In this document: in pieces, positions 53,865-62,286 of the stretch
How the letters are laid out: every line of letters starts with the position of its first letter
Numbering within the stretch: the stretch's first letter is position 1
DNA from: a virus
Taxonomy: Duplodnaviria > Heunggongvirae > Uroviricota > Caudoviricetes
IMG/VR virus record: IMGVR_UViG_3300046542_000259
Reading direction: 5' to 3' (one strand)
Length of the DNA stretch: 64,000 nucleotides
Program-made: the position numbers and the translations under genes
Notes under the pieces: generated by a model
What the model was told of the DNA's origin: nothing
The model's input: the letters and a program-made list of their open reading frames with translations, nothing else
Databases searched by the model: none

Positions 53865-54043
53865 TGAAATCCAACATTGATTACGGGGAGCTTCAAAAAT
53901 ATTTTGAACTGCTTCGAAAAGGTAATGTTGTCGCGGCGCGACTTCATAACGGTCAAATTTCTCACCACGCTGCCACTGTTTTATTCAAAAAAGTAATAGA
54001 AGAATTTTGTATCACGTATCAAGAAGAAAAATCCATTAAATGA
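53864..54043 (+). CDS. Small hypothetical protein (59 aa)
   Basis: Hand-translated, TAATG-coupled ORF MKSNIDYGELQKYFELL... Confidence 0.3.
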   Translation: MKSNIDYGELQKYFELLRKGNVVAARLHNGQISHHAATVLFKKVIEEFCITYQEEKSIK

Positions 54044-54372
54044 ATATCATGATTGACTACGACGGAACCTATACCGCAGCGATTGAAATGTGGCGTAAAC
54101 TGATCCCACAGATGCAACTCGCGGATCATAACGTCTATCTAGTCACGTCACGAGGCATGGATACTCCTATTGAATTAGTTCAAGATTTTGTCGCTATGCA
54201 TGTTCCAATCATTTATTGTACTTGGCGAGCCAAAAGAAAAGTGTGTGAAGAACAGGGTATTAGTATAGATATCTGGATCGATAATGATCCTTTTTATATC
54301 GATACAGGATTTGTAGAAGAGCAGGTTCAAGAAATAAAACTAAGGCACGCCAATGACTTGCACAATCTTTAA
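54040..54372 (+). CDS. Possible small HAD-like phosphatase
   Basis: MIDYDGTY (DxDxT motif I-like), VTSR and IDND. Support is weak. Confidence 0.25.
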   Translation: MNIMIDYDGTYTAAIEMWRKLIPQMQLADHNVYLVTSRGMDTPIELVQDFVAMHVPIIYCTWRAKRKVCEEQGISIDIWIDNDPFYIDTGFVEEQVQEIKLRHANDLHNL

Positions 54373-54850
54373 AACTGATCCCGAACTGGTAACACCGTTC
54401 GGGATTTGGCTATCAAATCATTTAAATCGAGGCGCTGATATTGTTTGGCCTTTTGTTCGTCAGCATACCTACGATATTTTAAAGAAGCAATTTTTTAATC
54501 AGACCTACGCCCTCCATGAGTCTTATCGACATCTGGAAGAATTTGAAGAATATCATTTTGGGTCCACCGAGTCCATAATGCCCTTTCCGTCCGGTGTGAT
54601 GAAATATAGCTACGAAGAATATTCACTTCTAGTTGCTCCGGTCGAACGGTTCAGAATCAAATTGGAACCTCTGCGCGGAGAATTTGAGATTGATACTAGG
54701 CATTTGATGGGCAGTCCTACAAAATATGTCCAAGAAAGAATAATTAAACAAATTGGCGAAACATGGCGACAACGGGGTGAAGCCGAAATTAGAAGATTTT
54801 TTGAGAGTTTAGAAGATAATGACCAAATTCGTAAAGTTTCCAAGTATTGA
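54353..54850 (+). CDS. Hypothetical protein
   Basis: Overlapping ORF. Confidence 0.35.
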   Translation: MTCTIFKTDPELVTPFGIWLSNHLNRGADIVWPFVRQHTYDILKKQFFNQTYALHESYRHLEEFEEYHFGSTESIMPFPSGVMKYSYEEYSLLVAPVERFRIKLEPLRGEFEIDTRHLMGSPTKYVQERIIKQIGETWRQRGEAEIRRFFESLEDNDQIRKVSKY

Positions 54851-55802
54851 AAAATTTAGTGACGTTAACGCTCATGTAAAGCGACATTTTGATGTTGAGA
54901 ACCGCCCAAAGGTTTTATACCGTGGTAAATGTAAGCTCCATGGCACTAACGCTTCGATTCGTGTCGATAGTGATGGATTAATTACCTGTGGTAAGCGATC
55001 AGATATTTGCACCATTGAGAGTGATAACGCTGGATTCGCCCGTCACGTAGAAACAATTAAAACTGAAATCCCGGTAATTGGTTTCAATTATGTTCTTTTT
55101 GGTGAATGGGCCGGTCCCGGTATCCAGAAAAAGGCAGCTGTTTCACTGATTGAGAAGAAGACATTTTTTGTTTTCGCTATGCTCAATCTAGAAACTGGCT
55201 ATATCGCTGTTGATCCCACTAGGATTGTGACTTGGCTAGGCACTAATATTCTGCCTTTTGAAATCATTCCTTGGCACTTAGATGCTACGGTTGAAATTGA
55301 CTTCCGACTTCAATCTTCTATGGAAGCTGCGATGAAACAGATCGGGGCATGGGTTGAGGCTTGTGATAAAGTTGACCCTTATGTCAAGGATCGCTACGGC
55401 ATTGAAGGCATTGGCGAAGGGTTCGTATTCACTCCGTTTGTTGATGAAATGCCGTTCACTGATTACAGTAATTATTTGTTCAAGGCAAAAGGGGAGAGCC
55501 ACGCCGGAACTAAGGGTGATAAGGCTAAGATTGAAATCGATCCAGCCGTTCTTGAAGGGGCTACAGCATTTGCGATTCAGTTTGTGACTGAGGCTCGGTG
55601 TAGTCAGGGCGTAACAGAGGCTTGTGACGGCGTAGCCGCGACTAAAAACATTGGACCTTTCATGGCTTGGCTCGGAGCCGATGTCAAGAAAGAATCAGTG
55701 AATGAATTAGAGGCTTCTGGTCTGGAATGGAAGCAAGTATCTAAAGCAGTTAACCAGTATGCAAGAGAATGGTTCTTACTAGAAATTGAAAAGGCGTTAT
55801 AA
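54819..55802 (+). CDS. rnlB: RNA ligase 2 (T4 RnlB-like)
   Basis: KLHGTNASI aligns with T4 Rnl2 KIHGTNFSL (motif I). FGEWAGPGIQKK aligns with FGEFAGPGIQKN. Confidence 0.75.
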   Translation: MTKFVKFPSIEKFSDVNAHVKRHFDVENRPKVLYRGKCKLHGTNASIRVDSDGLITCGKRSDICTIESDNAGFARHVETIKTEIPVIGFNYVLFGEWAGPGIQKKAAVSLIEKKTFFVFAMLNLETGYIAVDPTRIVTWLGTNILPFEIIPWHLDATVEIDFRLQSSMEAAMKQIGAWVEACDKVDPYVKDRYGIEGIGEGFVFTPFVDEMPFTDYSNYLFKAKGESHAGTKGDKAKIEIDPAVLEGATAFAIQFVTEARCSQGVTEACDGVAATKNIGPFMAWLGADVKKESVNELEASGLEWKQVSKAVNQYAREWFLLEIEKAL

Positions 55803-56159
55803 ATGTCAGATGTGAAAATTCAAGTCGGTGACGTATATTATGGTTCTTACGGAGGTGAGGTGGAAGTAGTTTATGTTTCCACCTTTGATGAAGTTGTGTT
55901 TAAATTTGACGACGGCTCCGTATCTATTCATGACAAATCAGATTTTCTCGATATGTTTACCAAAGACACAGTGGTAAGGACTTGGCTAACAGTATCGCGT
56001 GATGTGTCGGACGGTACGCTATTCTTTGACGCCAACAATTACGATAGCGAAAAAGAAGCAATTGATAGTTATCAATCGCATCACGGAATGTACCAACTGG
56101 TGGAAGTTGTTCCGGTAGAGTGGGTTTCTAATGTCAGTAAAGATGAGCCTCATGACTGA
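55803..56159 (+). CDS. Hypothetical protein
   Basis: TAAATG-coupled ORF. Confidence 0.35.
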   Translation: MSDVKIQVGDVYYGSYGGEVEVVYVSTFDEVVFKFDDGSVSIHDKSDFLDMFTKDTVVRTWLTVSRDVSDGTLFFDANNYDSEKEAIDSYQSHHGMYQLVEVVPVEWVSNVSKDEPHD

Positions 56160-56409
56160 TAAACCCGGATACCACCTCGCTATGATTGAGAAAGGCGTTC
56201 TTGGTGAATCTTCGAAAATTATGGAAGAGCTTCTTGAGCTTCAAGACGCGGAAAAGCAAGAATGCAAGATCATGGGACTGGTTGAACTGGCCGATCTTAT
56301 AGGCGCGGTGAAACATTATCTCGAACGTCATCATCCAAGCATCGATCTGTATGACCTAGAAACAATGGCGATCATTACGAAAAGAGCTTTTGATAATGGA
56401 AGACGATGA
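56152..56409 (+). CDS. MazG-like all-alpha nucleotide pyrophosphohydrolase (small)
   Basis: EELLELQDAEKQE...ELADLIGAV is an EExxE ... D acidic-pair pattern. ATGACTGA start/stop overlap. Confidence 0.4.
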   Translation: MTDKPGYHLAMIEKGVLGESSKIMEELLELQDAEKQECKIMGLVELADLIGAVKHYLERHHPSIDLYDLETMAIITKRAFDNGRR

Positions 56410-56608
56410 CGGTTTCATATATTATGATTATGAATATAACGAAGATTATGAAAAACTCAAGGAATTATACATCAGCAGGATTCGGGAGCTTGAAAGGAGA
56501 TATCAAGCGGAGATTAAAGGATATCTAGAACTATTGGCTGATCTTGAATGTACTAGAATTCCTAAATATAGTATAAATAAGGAAGGGTTAGTTAGTGGAA
56601 GACGATGA
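56390..56608 (+). CDS. Hypothetical protein
   Basis: Coupled ORF. Confidence 0.3.
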   Translation: MIMEDDDGFIYYDYEYNEDYEKLKELYISRIRELERRYQAEIKGYLELLADLECTRIPKYSINKEGLVSGRR

Positions 56609-57137
56609 TAGAATTGACTGGCAGTTGATCTCAGAAGCTATGAATTTTTATAAATCCGTTGGTTTCACAGAAATCACAGTTCCGTGGCACGTCATGACAG
56701 AGGTATCAAATATTACTTGCCCTAGTCCAGATAAGGCGTATCCTTTTGAAGACGGTCTTCTCGTCGGCTCGGCGGAACAATCTCTGATCCAGATGGGGAT
56801 TGCAGGGAAATTAGAGACAAACGTTCCTTTCGTGACTTGCACTCCCTGTTTCCGCAACGAATACGAGCTAGATCGTTTTCATCAAAAATATTTCATGAAA
56901 GTCGAACTTTTCATTTGGGGCGAATATGCCGTTGCCTCTTTAATGGGTGTGGCTCGTAAATTTTTCAGAACAAAGACTGGAAAAATACTTGACCTGTCTC
57001 AGCAAAGTACTGGCTTCGATCTAGAAATAAATGGTGTAGAAATTGGTAGTTATAGCTACCGTAAGTTTAGGGACCATAGTTGGACCTGTGGCACAGGACT
57101 GGCGCTACCAAGATTTAGTAAGGTGCGACATGACTAA
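56595..57137 (+). CDS. Truncated class II aminoacyl-tRNA-synthetase catalytic-core-like protein
   Basis: VGFTEITVPW (motif 1-like G[FY]xE[IV]xTP) and CFRNEYELDRFHQKYFMKVELF (motif 2 FRNE...EFTxxE). Aligns by eye to the LysRS/EpmA core. 180 aa. Confidence 0.45.
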   Translation: MEDDDRIDWQLISEAMNFYKSVGFTEITVPWHVMTEVSNITCPSPDKAYPFEDGLLVGSAEQSLIQMGIAGKLETNVPFVTCTPCFRNEYELDRFHQKYFMKVELFIWGEYAVASLMGVARKFFRTKTGKILDLSQQSTGFDLEINGVEIGSYSYRKFRDHSWTCGTGLALPRFSKVRHD

Positions 57138-57285
57138 CATTACATACCTCAATAATTATAAAATAAATAAACTTCACCGAGAGGCTGACACGGCTACGAG
57201 GGCGGGCGATTATGCCGTGGCGTTAGCTAAATTGAGTGAGTCTTTGGAAGTCATTGAATTTATTAAGACAAAGCACGTCGATTAA
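57129..57285 (+). CDS. Small hypothetical protein
   Basis: ATG 57129 within ORF 57043. Confidence 0.25.
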
Positions 57286-57308
57286 AATATTTACTAGGTG
57301 GCTAGCTA

Positions 57309-57542
57309 ATGAAGATAGAATTTGAGACTGAAATAAGCAAAGGCTCTTGGGACACGTGGGAAACTCATAGAGTTAAAGTTGACGGTAAGACTTTTATGTC
57401 CCAATCAGAAGGCATAGAACCTGAAGATGTTTTATTTTATAGAGATTTAACAAGTCCTCACGATTGCGAAGCTATTATAAACGCTGTCATTGCCGCGACA
57501 AAACGTGGTGAAGAAATAGAAATGGTTTATACTGAAGTTTAA
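57309..57542 (+). CDS. Hypothetical protein
   Basis: ORF with no recognised motif. Confidence 0.35.
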   Translation: MKIEFETEISKGSWDTWETHRVKVDGKTFMSQSEGIEPEDVLFYRDLTSPHDCEAIINAVIAATKRGEEIEMVYTEV

Positions 57543-57543
57543 C

Positions 57544-59274
57544 ATGGCAATAACTATTGAAAGACATGACGGGATTTATGTAGCACGATGTCTATATGAA
57601 GATAGGCTCGCACTCAGCCGTGCCGGTTTTACTTTTAATAAAACGTTGAAACGATGGATCACGGCAGATGATGCTATTGCTAAAACGTTTTATGACTATA
57701 CCGTAGGCGACGCACGTGTCAGACTTGATAACATTGAGCGTGTTAAGATTGAACTGGTAGAGGCGTCATTCGCAGAAGATTATGACGGCGATCTGCTATG
57801 TCCAGAAGGGAGGAAATATCTGCCGTTCCAACGTGCTGGTATTGCCTATGCTCTTGGTAAAAAAGATTGCTTAATAGGGGATTCCCCCGGCCTAGGTAAA
57901 ACTATCCAAGCACTCGGTATCATTAACAACGTTGTGGAGGCTAAAAAAATCCTCATCGTTGTCCCTGCTTCACTAAAAATTAATTGGCGAAAAGAAGCTG
58001 AGCGTTGGTTGATGCGTGGTCTCACCGTGGATATCGCTAGACCTAAACAAAAAACTATTATTGATGAAGAAGGGACGAAGAAAAGTGCCCGCGATTATTT
58101 TTGGCCCGACACAGATGTAATCATTTGTAATTACGAAGCCCTAGGTAATTACAGGGATCAGATCGATGGTACTGCATGGGACATTCTGATTTGTGATGAA
58201 GCTCACGTATTAAAGAACGCGAAAGCAGCAAAGTGTATTCAAATTTTTGGGGGAGGAGCTAAAGGCAAAGAACGAATCAAAGCTATCGTGGCGAAGAAAC
58301 GCGTTTTATTGACTGGTACGCCTATCTTGAATCATCCACTTGATATGTTTGTGATGATTGAAGCCTTTGGAATTAAAGAGTTTGGAAATTACATCAGATT
58401 CATTAAACGATATTGCGCCGCTGTTATGACACCTTGGGGACATTGGGACACGTCAGGCGTTGATCACTTAGACGAGTTTCAAGAGATTCTTCGCTCCACC
58501 TTCATGATCCGGCGCATGAAAGAAGATGTATTGAAAGATTTACCTCCGAAACGGAGACAAGTCATTACTCTTCCTCAAGATGGTTTGAGTAAAACTGTTA
58601 AAAAGGAAATGACAGTTTTTGCCGATAATATCAAACAATTAATGATATTAAATGGCGAGAAAACAGAAGCAGATTATGAAGACATGTCGGATGAAGACTT
58701 AGGACTTCTAATTGATACTATTCATGAGCGTACCAAAGATTTTGATGATGTTGAGCTAACTGAATACATGGCTACTCACTTTGAAGCTGTGGCTCATGCC
58801 AGAGAAGAAATTGGTTTAGCTAAATTGCCGATGGTGATTGAGTATGTCAAGAATCTTTTGGAATCAGTGGATAAATGCGTCATTCTCTGCATTCATAAGG
58901 CCGTGGCCGCGAAAATAGCTGAAGCCTTCCCCGGCGCGGTAAAATTTGTGGGAGGCATGAGCGACAAAGAAAAGGACAAAGCCGTTGAAGCGTTTCAATA
59001 TGATCCTGATTGTCGCTTATTTGTTGGGAACATCAATGCTGCTGGCGTGGGGATCACTCTTACAGCGGCTTGGAATCTTGTCATGGCAGAGCTTTGTTTC
59101 GTTCCTGCCCTTCTTGAGCAAGGCGAAGACAGAATCCACAGAATTGGTCAAGAAGATCACGCCCTGATTCACTACTTAATCGTGGAAGGCTCTCTGGAAT
59201 CTCGATTGATTGAGATTATTATGACGAAACAAGAAATGATTAATGAGGCACTTAACAGGAAAAGAACGTCATGA
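57544..59274 (+). CDS. SNF2-family (SF2) DNA helicase/translocase
   Basis: Motif I DSPGLGKT, motif II ICDEAHVLKN, motif VI QGEDRIHRIGQ. Confidence 0.75.
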   Translation: MAITIERHDGIYVARCLYEDRLALSRAGFTFNKTLKRWITADDAIAKTFYDYTVGDARVRLDNIERVKIELVEASFAEDYDGDLLCPEGRKYLPFQRAGIAYALGKKDCLIGDSPGLGKTIQALGIINNVVEAKKILIVVPASLKINWRKEAERWLMRGLTVDIARPKQKTIIDEEGTKKSARDYFWPDTDVIICNYEALGNYRDQIDGTAWDILICDEAHVLKNAKAAKCIQIFGGGAKGKERIKAIVAKKRVLLTGTPILNHPLDMFVMIEAFGIKEFGNYIRFIKRYCAAVMTPWGHWDTSGVDHLDEFQEILRSTFMIRRMKEDVLKDLPPKRRQVITLPQDGLSKTVKKEMTVFADNIKQLMILNGEKTEADYEDMSDEDLGLLIDTIHERTKDFDDVELTEYMATHFEAVAHAREEIGLAKLPMVIEYVKNLLESVDKCVILCIHKAVAAKIAEAFPGAVKFVGGMSDKEKDKAVEAFQYDPDCRLFVGNINAAGVGITLTAAWNLVMAELCFVPALLEQGEDRIHRIGQEDHALIHYLIVEGSLESRLIEIIMTKQEMINEALNRKRTS

Positions 59275-59558
59275 ATAGGACATTTATTAATAGTTACGGC
59301 TCGATCTGTGACTACATCGAAGATATGAAAGAGATTACTGCTAAGTCGGCGGAAATAATCAGAAGTCAAGAATCAGAAATTACAGATTTAAAAACTTTAA
59401 TCGCGGCCATGATTGCTAGTATGGGTGAGATTAAGGTAGAACGTTATGCGCTTCAGATGTGTCAAGGCGATGATCTGACCGGGAAGAATATTATCAAATT
59501 GGAAAATTTGATGGATAACGTTACAATTTACAAATGGAAAGGTTATGGAACTAAATGA
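59271..59558 (+). CDS. Hypothetical protein
   Basis: Coupled ORF. Confidence 0.35.
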   Translation: MNRTFINSYGSICDYIEDMKEITAKSAEIIRSQESEITDLKTLIAAMIASMGEIKVERYALQMCQGDDLTGKNIIKLENLMDNVTIYKWKGYGTK

Positions 59559-59749
59559 CACTTAGAATTAGAGATGGCGCAACGGCTGGAACAACACAAG
59601 ACTTTTTCTACGATATGTTTGACGGTGGCTATATCGATCCAGAAGATTACCTTGTTGCACCTGATGCGGAACGGGTGAGAAAAGCAATGAACCTCATCCT
59701 TGAATTTAGGGAAATTTTGGAACACAGCGATTTAATGGAGTATTATTGA
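59555..59749 (+). CDS. Hypothetical protein
   Basis: Coupled ORF. Confidence 0.3.
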   Translation: MTLRIRDGATAGTTQDFFYDMFDGGYIDPEDYLVAPDAERVRKAMNLILEFREILEHSDLMEYY

Positions 59750-59893
59750 TATGGCACGCAAATTATCGCGAATTAGTGAAAAAAGTCATTGACACCGATA
59801 AATCAGTTTGATATATCGACAATCGTAAACAACTTTCTTACATCTCAAACAAACCCGCTGACTGAAATCAGCGACTTTTAAAGGAGAAACTAC

Positions 59894-60799
59894 ATGATTA
59901 AGAATACTATGCTCGCCGCTGTTATTGCCATTTCTGGTATGGCATTTGCCGCTCCTGTCATGGCTCAAGGTGCTGCACTTCCTGTCCTCAAGCTCTGCAC
60001 CGGAGCAAAGGGTGGTAATTATGAATTCGTTGGTCTAACGACTCAGCGCCAGCTTCGCGGCGTTATCGATGTGCAACTCGTCTCCACCAATGGCGGCGAA
60101 GAAAATCTCAAGCTGATCGCCAATGGTACTTGTGACGCTGGACTGGCACAGTCTGATACGATTTGGGGTGCTGGTTCCATCGACGCCAATTCCATTTCCA
60201 CTCTTTACACCGAGTATGTTCACCTCCTTTGTAACAAGGAAAGTGGAGTCGAATCTTTCTCCGATCTGAAGAAGGGTAATTCGGTCTTCGCTGGGACAAA
60301 GGGCGGCGGTGCAGATTCTACTATTCGCGGCCTCATCAAGGCTGACAAGGAATATGGTGGAAACGATTACGATGGTTTAGCTATTATCAATGAAGATAAT
60401 AAGACTGCGCTGGTTGATCTAACTGAAGGAAATCGGGCTCAGTGCATGGTTTACGTCGGTAGTCCCGGTAACGCTCTGATGGAAAGCGCTGAAAAGCGTA
60501 ACGCAACACTGGAACTTGTTCCGGTTCAGGATAAGGATTTTAATGACGTGACTTATAAGGATAAGAGCGGGACGGAAAGCTCAGTTTGGAATCCTACCAC
60601 TCTCGCCGCTAATTCTTATGGCAAGATCATGCCGGATGGCGCGATGTGGGGCAACGCTGATCTTGAAACCATCGGCGTGCTGGCCAAGTTCCTCGTTTCA
60701 AGTTCTTGGAAGTCAAACAATATTGAGGCTTATGGTGAGCTAGGTGACGCTGTTCTAGGTGTTGGTGATATTGTCCGCGCCGAAAAGAAGCTCAATTGA
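59894..60799 (+). CDS. Secreted periplasmic solute-binding protein (TAXI-TRAP/PhnD-like fold)
   Basis: Signal peptide MIKNTMLAAVIAISGMAFAAPVMA|QG. ENLKLIANGTCDAGLAQSD resembles the TAXI motif ENLRLLRSGEADLALVQSD. AAGGAGAAAC RBS. GC is locally higher. Confidence 0.45.
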   Translation: MIKNTMLAAVIAISGMAFAAPVMAQGAALPVLKLCTGAKGGNYEFVGLTTQRQLRGVIDVQLVSTNGGEENLKLIANGTCDAGLAQSDTIWGAGSIDANSISTLYTEYVHLLCNKESGVESFSDLKKGNSVFAGTKGGGADSTIRGLIKADKEYGGNDYDGLAIINEDNKTALVDLTEGNRAQCMVYVGSPGNALMESAEKRNATLELVPVQDKDFNDVTYKDKSGTESSVWNPTTLAANSYGKIMPDGAMWGNADLETIGVLAKFLVSSSWKSNNIEAYGELGDAVLGVGDIVRAEKKLN

Positions 60800-61086
60800 T
60801 TTTCTTTCCTCCACAATTAACAGGTGACAAAGAGGGCTCTTCATTGAGCCCTCTTTTGATTCCAAATTTATTTACCTCATATAGTGATTTAGATATTGAC
60901 AAAATGATTGAAACGTGCGATAAGTCACGAACAATACGCGAACAGCTGCATGACCAAATAATCAGGGCGGCTGAGAATTTCATCAGACCGAGAATTATGT
61001 TCACAGGGCCGGATGCAAATCACATCATCCGTTATACTATTTACGAAACGGTTATAATTAATGAAAATTACAGTTCAAACAGATAA
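60796..61086 (+). CDS. Hypothetical protein
   Basis: Coupled ORF. Confidence 0.3.
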   Translation: MIFFPPQLTGDKEGSSLSPLLIPNLFTSYSDLDIDKMIETCDKSRTIREQLHDQIIRAAENFIRPRIMFTGPDANHIIRYTIYETVIINENYSSNR

Positions 61087-61315
61087 GATGAATTCTCCAA
61101 AGGTCTACCAGAACGCGATTTCCAGTTACGAAAAAGGTTCGTTCTTTTGTGTACAATACACAGTAGAGGTCCAAGAAACCGTACCAATGGTTTGGTATTA
61201 CGATGGAGTTCAAATCCCCAAACAATTCAACATGTCTACGGAATCTACCAAAACCAAGACCTTCATAGATAAATATCCAATTAACACTTTATTCAGAGTT
61301 ATGGAAGAATATTAA
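61061..61315 (+). CDS. Hypothetical protein
   Basis: Overlapping ORF. Confidence 0.3.
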   Translation: MKITVQTDKMNSPKVYQNAISSYEKGSFFCVQYTVEVQETVPMVWYYDGVQIPKQFNMSTESTKTKTFIDKYPINTLFRVMEEY

Positions 61316-61518
61316 TGGCAATAGATACAAGAACTAGGAATGCTTATGTGACCTTCAAGGACACCAATTTTGGTAGCATTGAATACAAGAATATCTCTTG
61401 GTTTGATTTTAGCGGCGCAAATCTCGAAATTTATGTAGAAGATGGTAGAGGTAAACCGAATAAGGTTTATATTCCTAGAGAAAATGTACATCATTTTGAG
61501 GTTGTTTGGGAAGATTAA
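61315..61518 (+). CDS. Hypothetical protein
   Basis: Coupled ORF. Confidence 0.35.
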   Translation: MAIDTRTRNAYVTFKDTNFGSIEYKNISWFDFSGANLEIYVEDGRGKPNKVYIPRENVHHFEVVWED

Positions 61519-61553
61519 TGAAACAATTAATTAAACTTGATTTTGGTAATTAG
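61518..61553 (+). pseudogene. Orphaned 5' fragment (11 codons, MKQLIKLDFGN*) of the nucleotidyltransferase gene
   Basis: 61521..61547 is 26/27 identical to 62273..62299 at the start of the NTase ORF. Confidence 0.5.
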
Positions 61554-62286
61554 ACGTTTGCTAGACAATTCATATTATGTGTATTTATTACTCAACCCTT
61601 TGAAAAACGATGAACCTTTTTACATCGGTAAAGGTAAGGGAAAAAGAGTTAAGGATCATTACACACCCGGCTACTTAAAACAGAATAACCATAAATCTAA
61701 CATTATCAATCTTTATAGATCAAAGGGATATGAAGATAAATATCTCATACTAAAAGATGGGATGACAAATCAAGAGGCTTATGATTGGGAAACTTGGTTC
61801 ATTCTTGAAATGTATGGGATGAAGAAAGCTGGTGGTCTGCTAGTAAATCAAACTACAGGAGGTGGTGGATCGCCGGGATTTGCCGCACCTAGAACTGACG
61901 AGTGGCGTGAAAAGATTTCTAAAGGAAATAAAGGTAAAAAGAGAACCTCTGCGCAAAACGAGGCAAACTCAAAGCGGACTAAAGCACGGGGGCCTCATCC
62001 TAATGTAGGTGAAAAAATTAGTAAAGCCTTAAAAGGAATCCCAAAAGCTCCTGAACATGTAGATAAAGTTAGAAAAGCTCTTCTAGGAAGAACTTACCCC
62101 GGAAGAGTATATCTTAGAGAAGGCAAAACTTATAATTTAATTTCTCCTTACGGCAAATTATTGGTAGTAACTAATCTGAGTGAATTTTGTAAAATAAATA
62201 ATTTATCCGTTAATTGTATGTATCACGTAGTTAATGGAAGAGCTAGTAATCATAAAGGGTGGAAACTCGGTGAAACAATTAATTAA
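61537..62286 (+). CDS. GIY-YIG homing endonuclease (Seg-like) with NUMOD-type repeats
   Basis: YYVYLLLNPLKNDEPFYIGKGKGKR is the GIY-YIG motif. The C-terminus has Lys-rich repeats EKISKGNKGKK / GEKISKALKG. AT-rich. The start codon is uncertain (TTG 61537 or GTG 61579). Confidence 0.6.
   Translation: MILVIRRLLDNSYYVYLLLNPLKNDEPFYIGKGKGKRVKDHYTPGYLKQNNHKSNIINLYRSKGYEDKYLILKDGMTNQEAYDWETWFILEMYGMKKAGGLLVNQTTGGGGSPGFAAPRTDEWREKISKGNKGKKRTSAQNEANSKRTKARGPHPNVGEKISKALKGIPKAPEHVDKVRKALLGRTYPGRVYLREGKTYNLISPYGKLLVVTNLSEFCKINNLSVNCMYHVVNGRASNHKGWKLGETIN

Noticed and set aside
53470-53877. 135-aa minus-strand ORF antisense to the HslV-like gene
   Set aside because: The sense strand has a strong HslV alignment. 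The antisense product is Arg/His-rich low-complexity, typical of a spurious frame.
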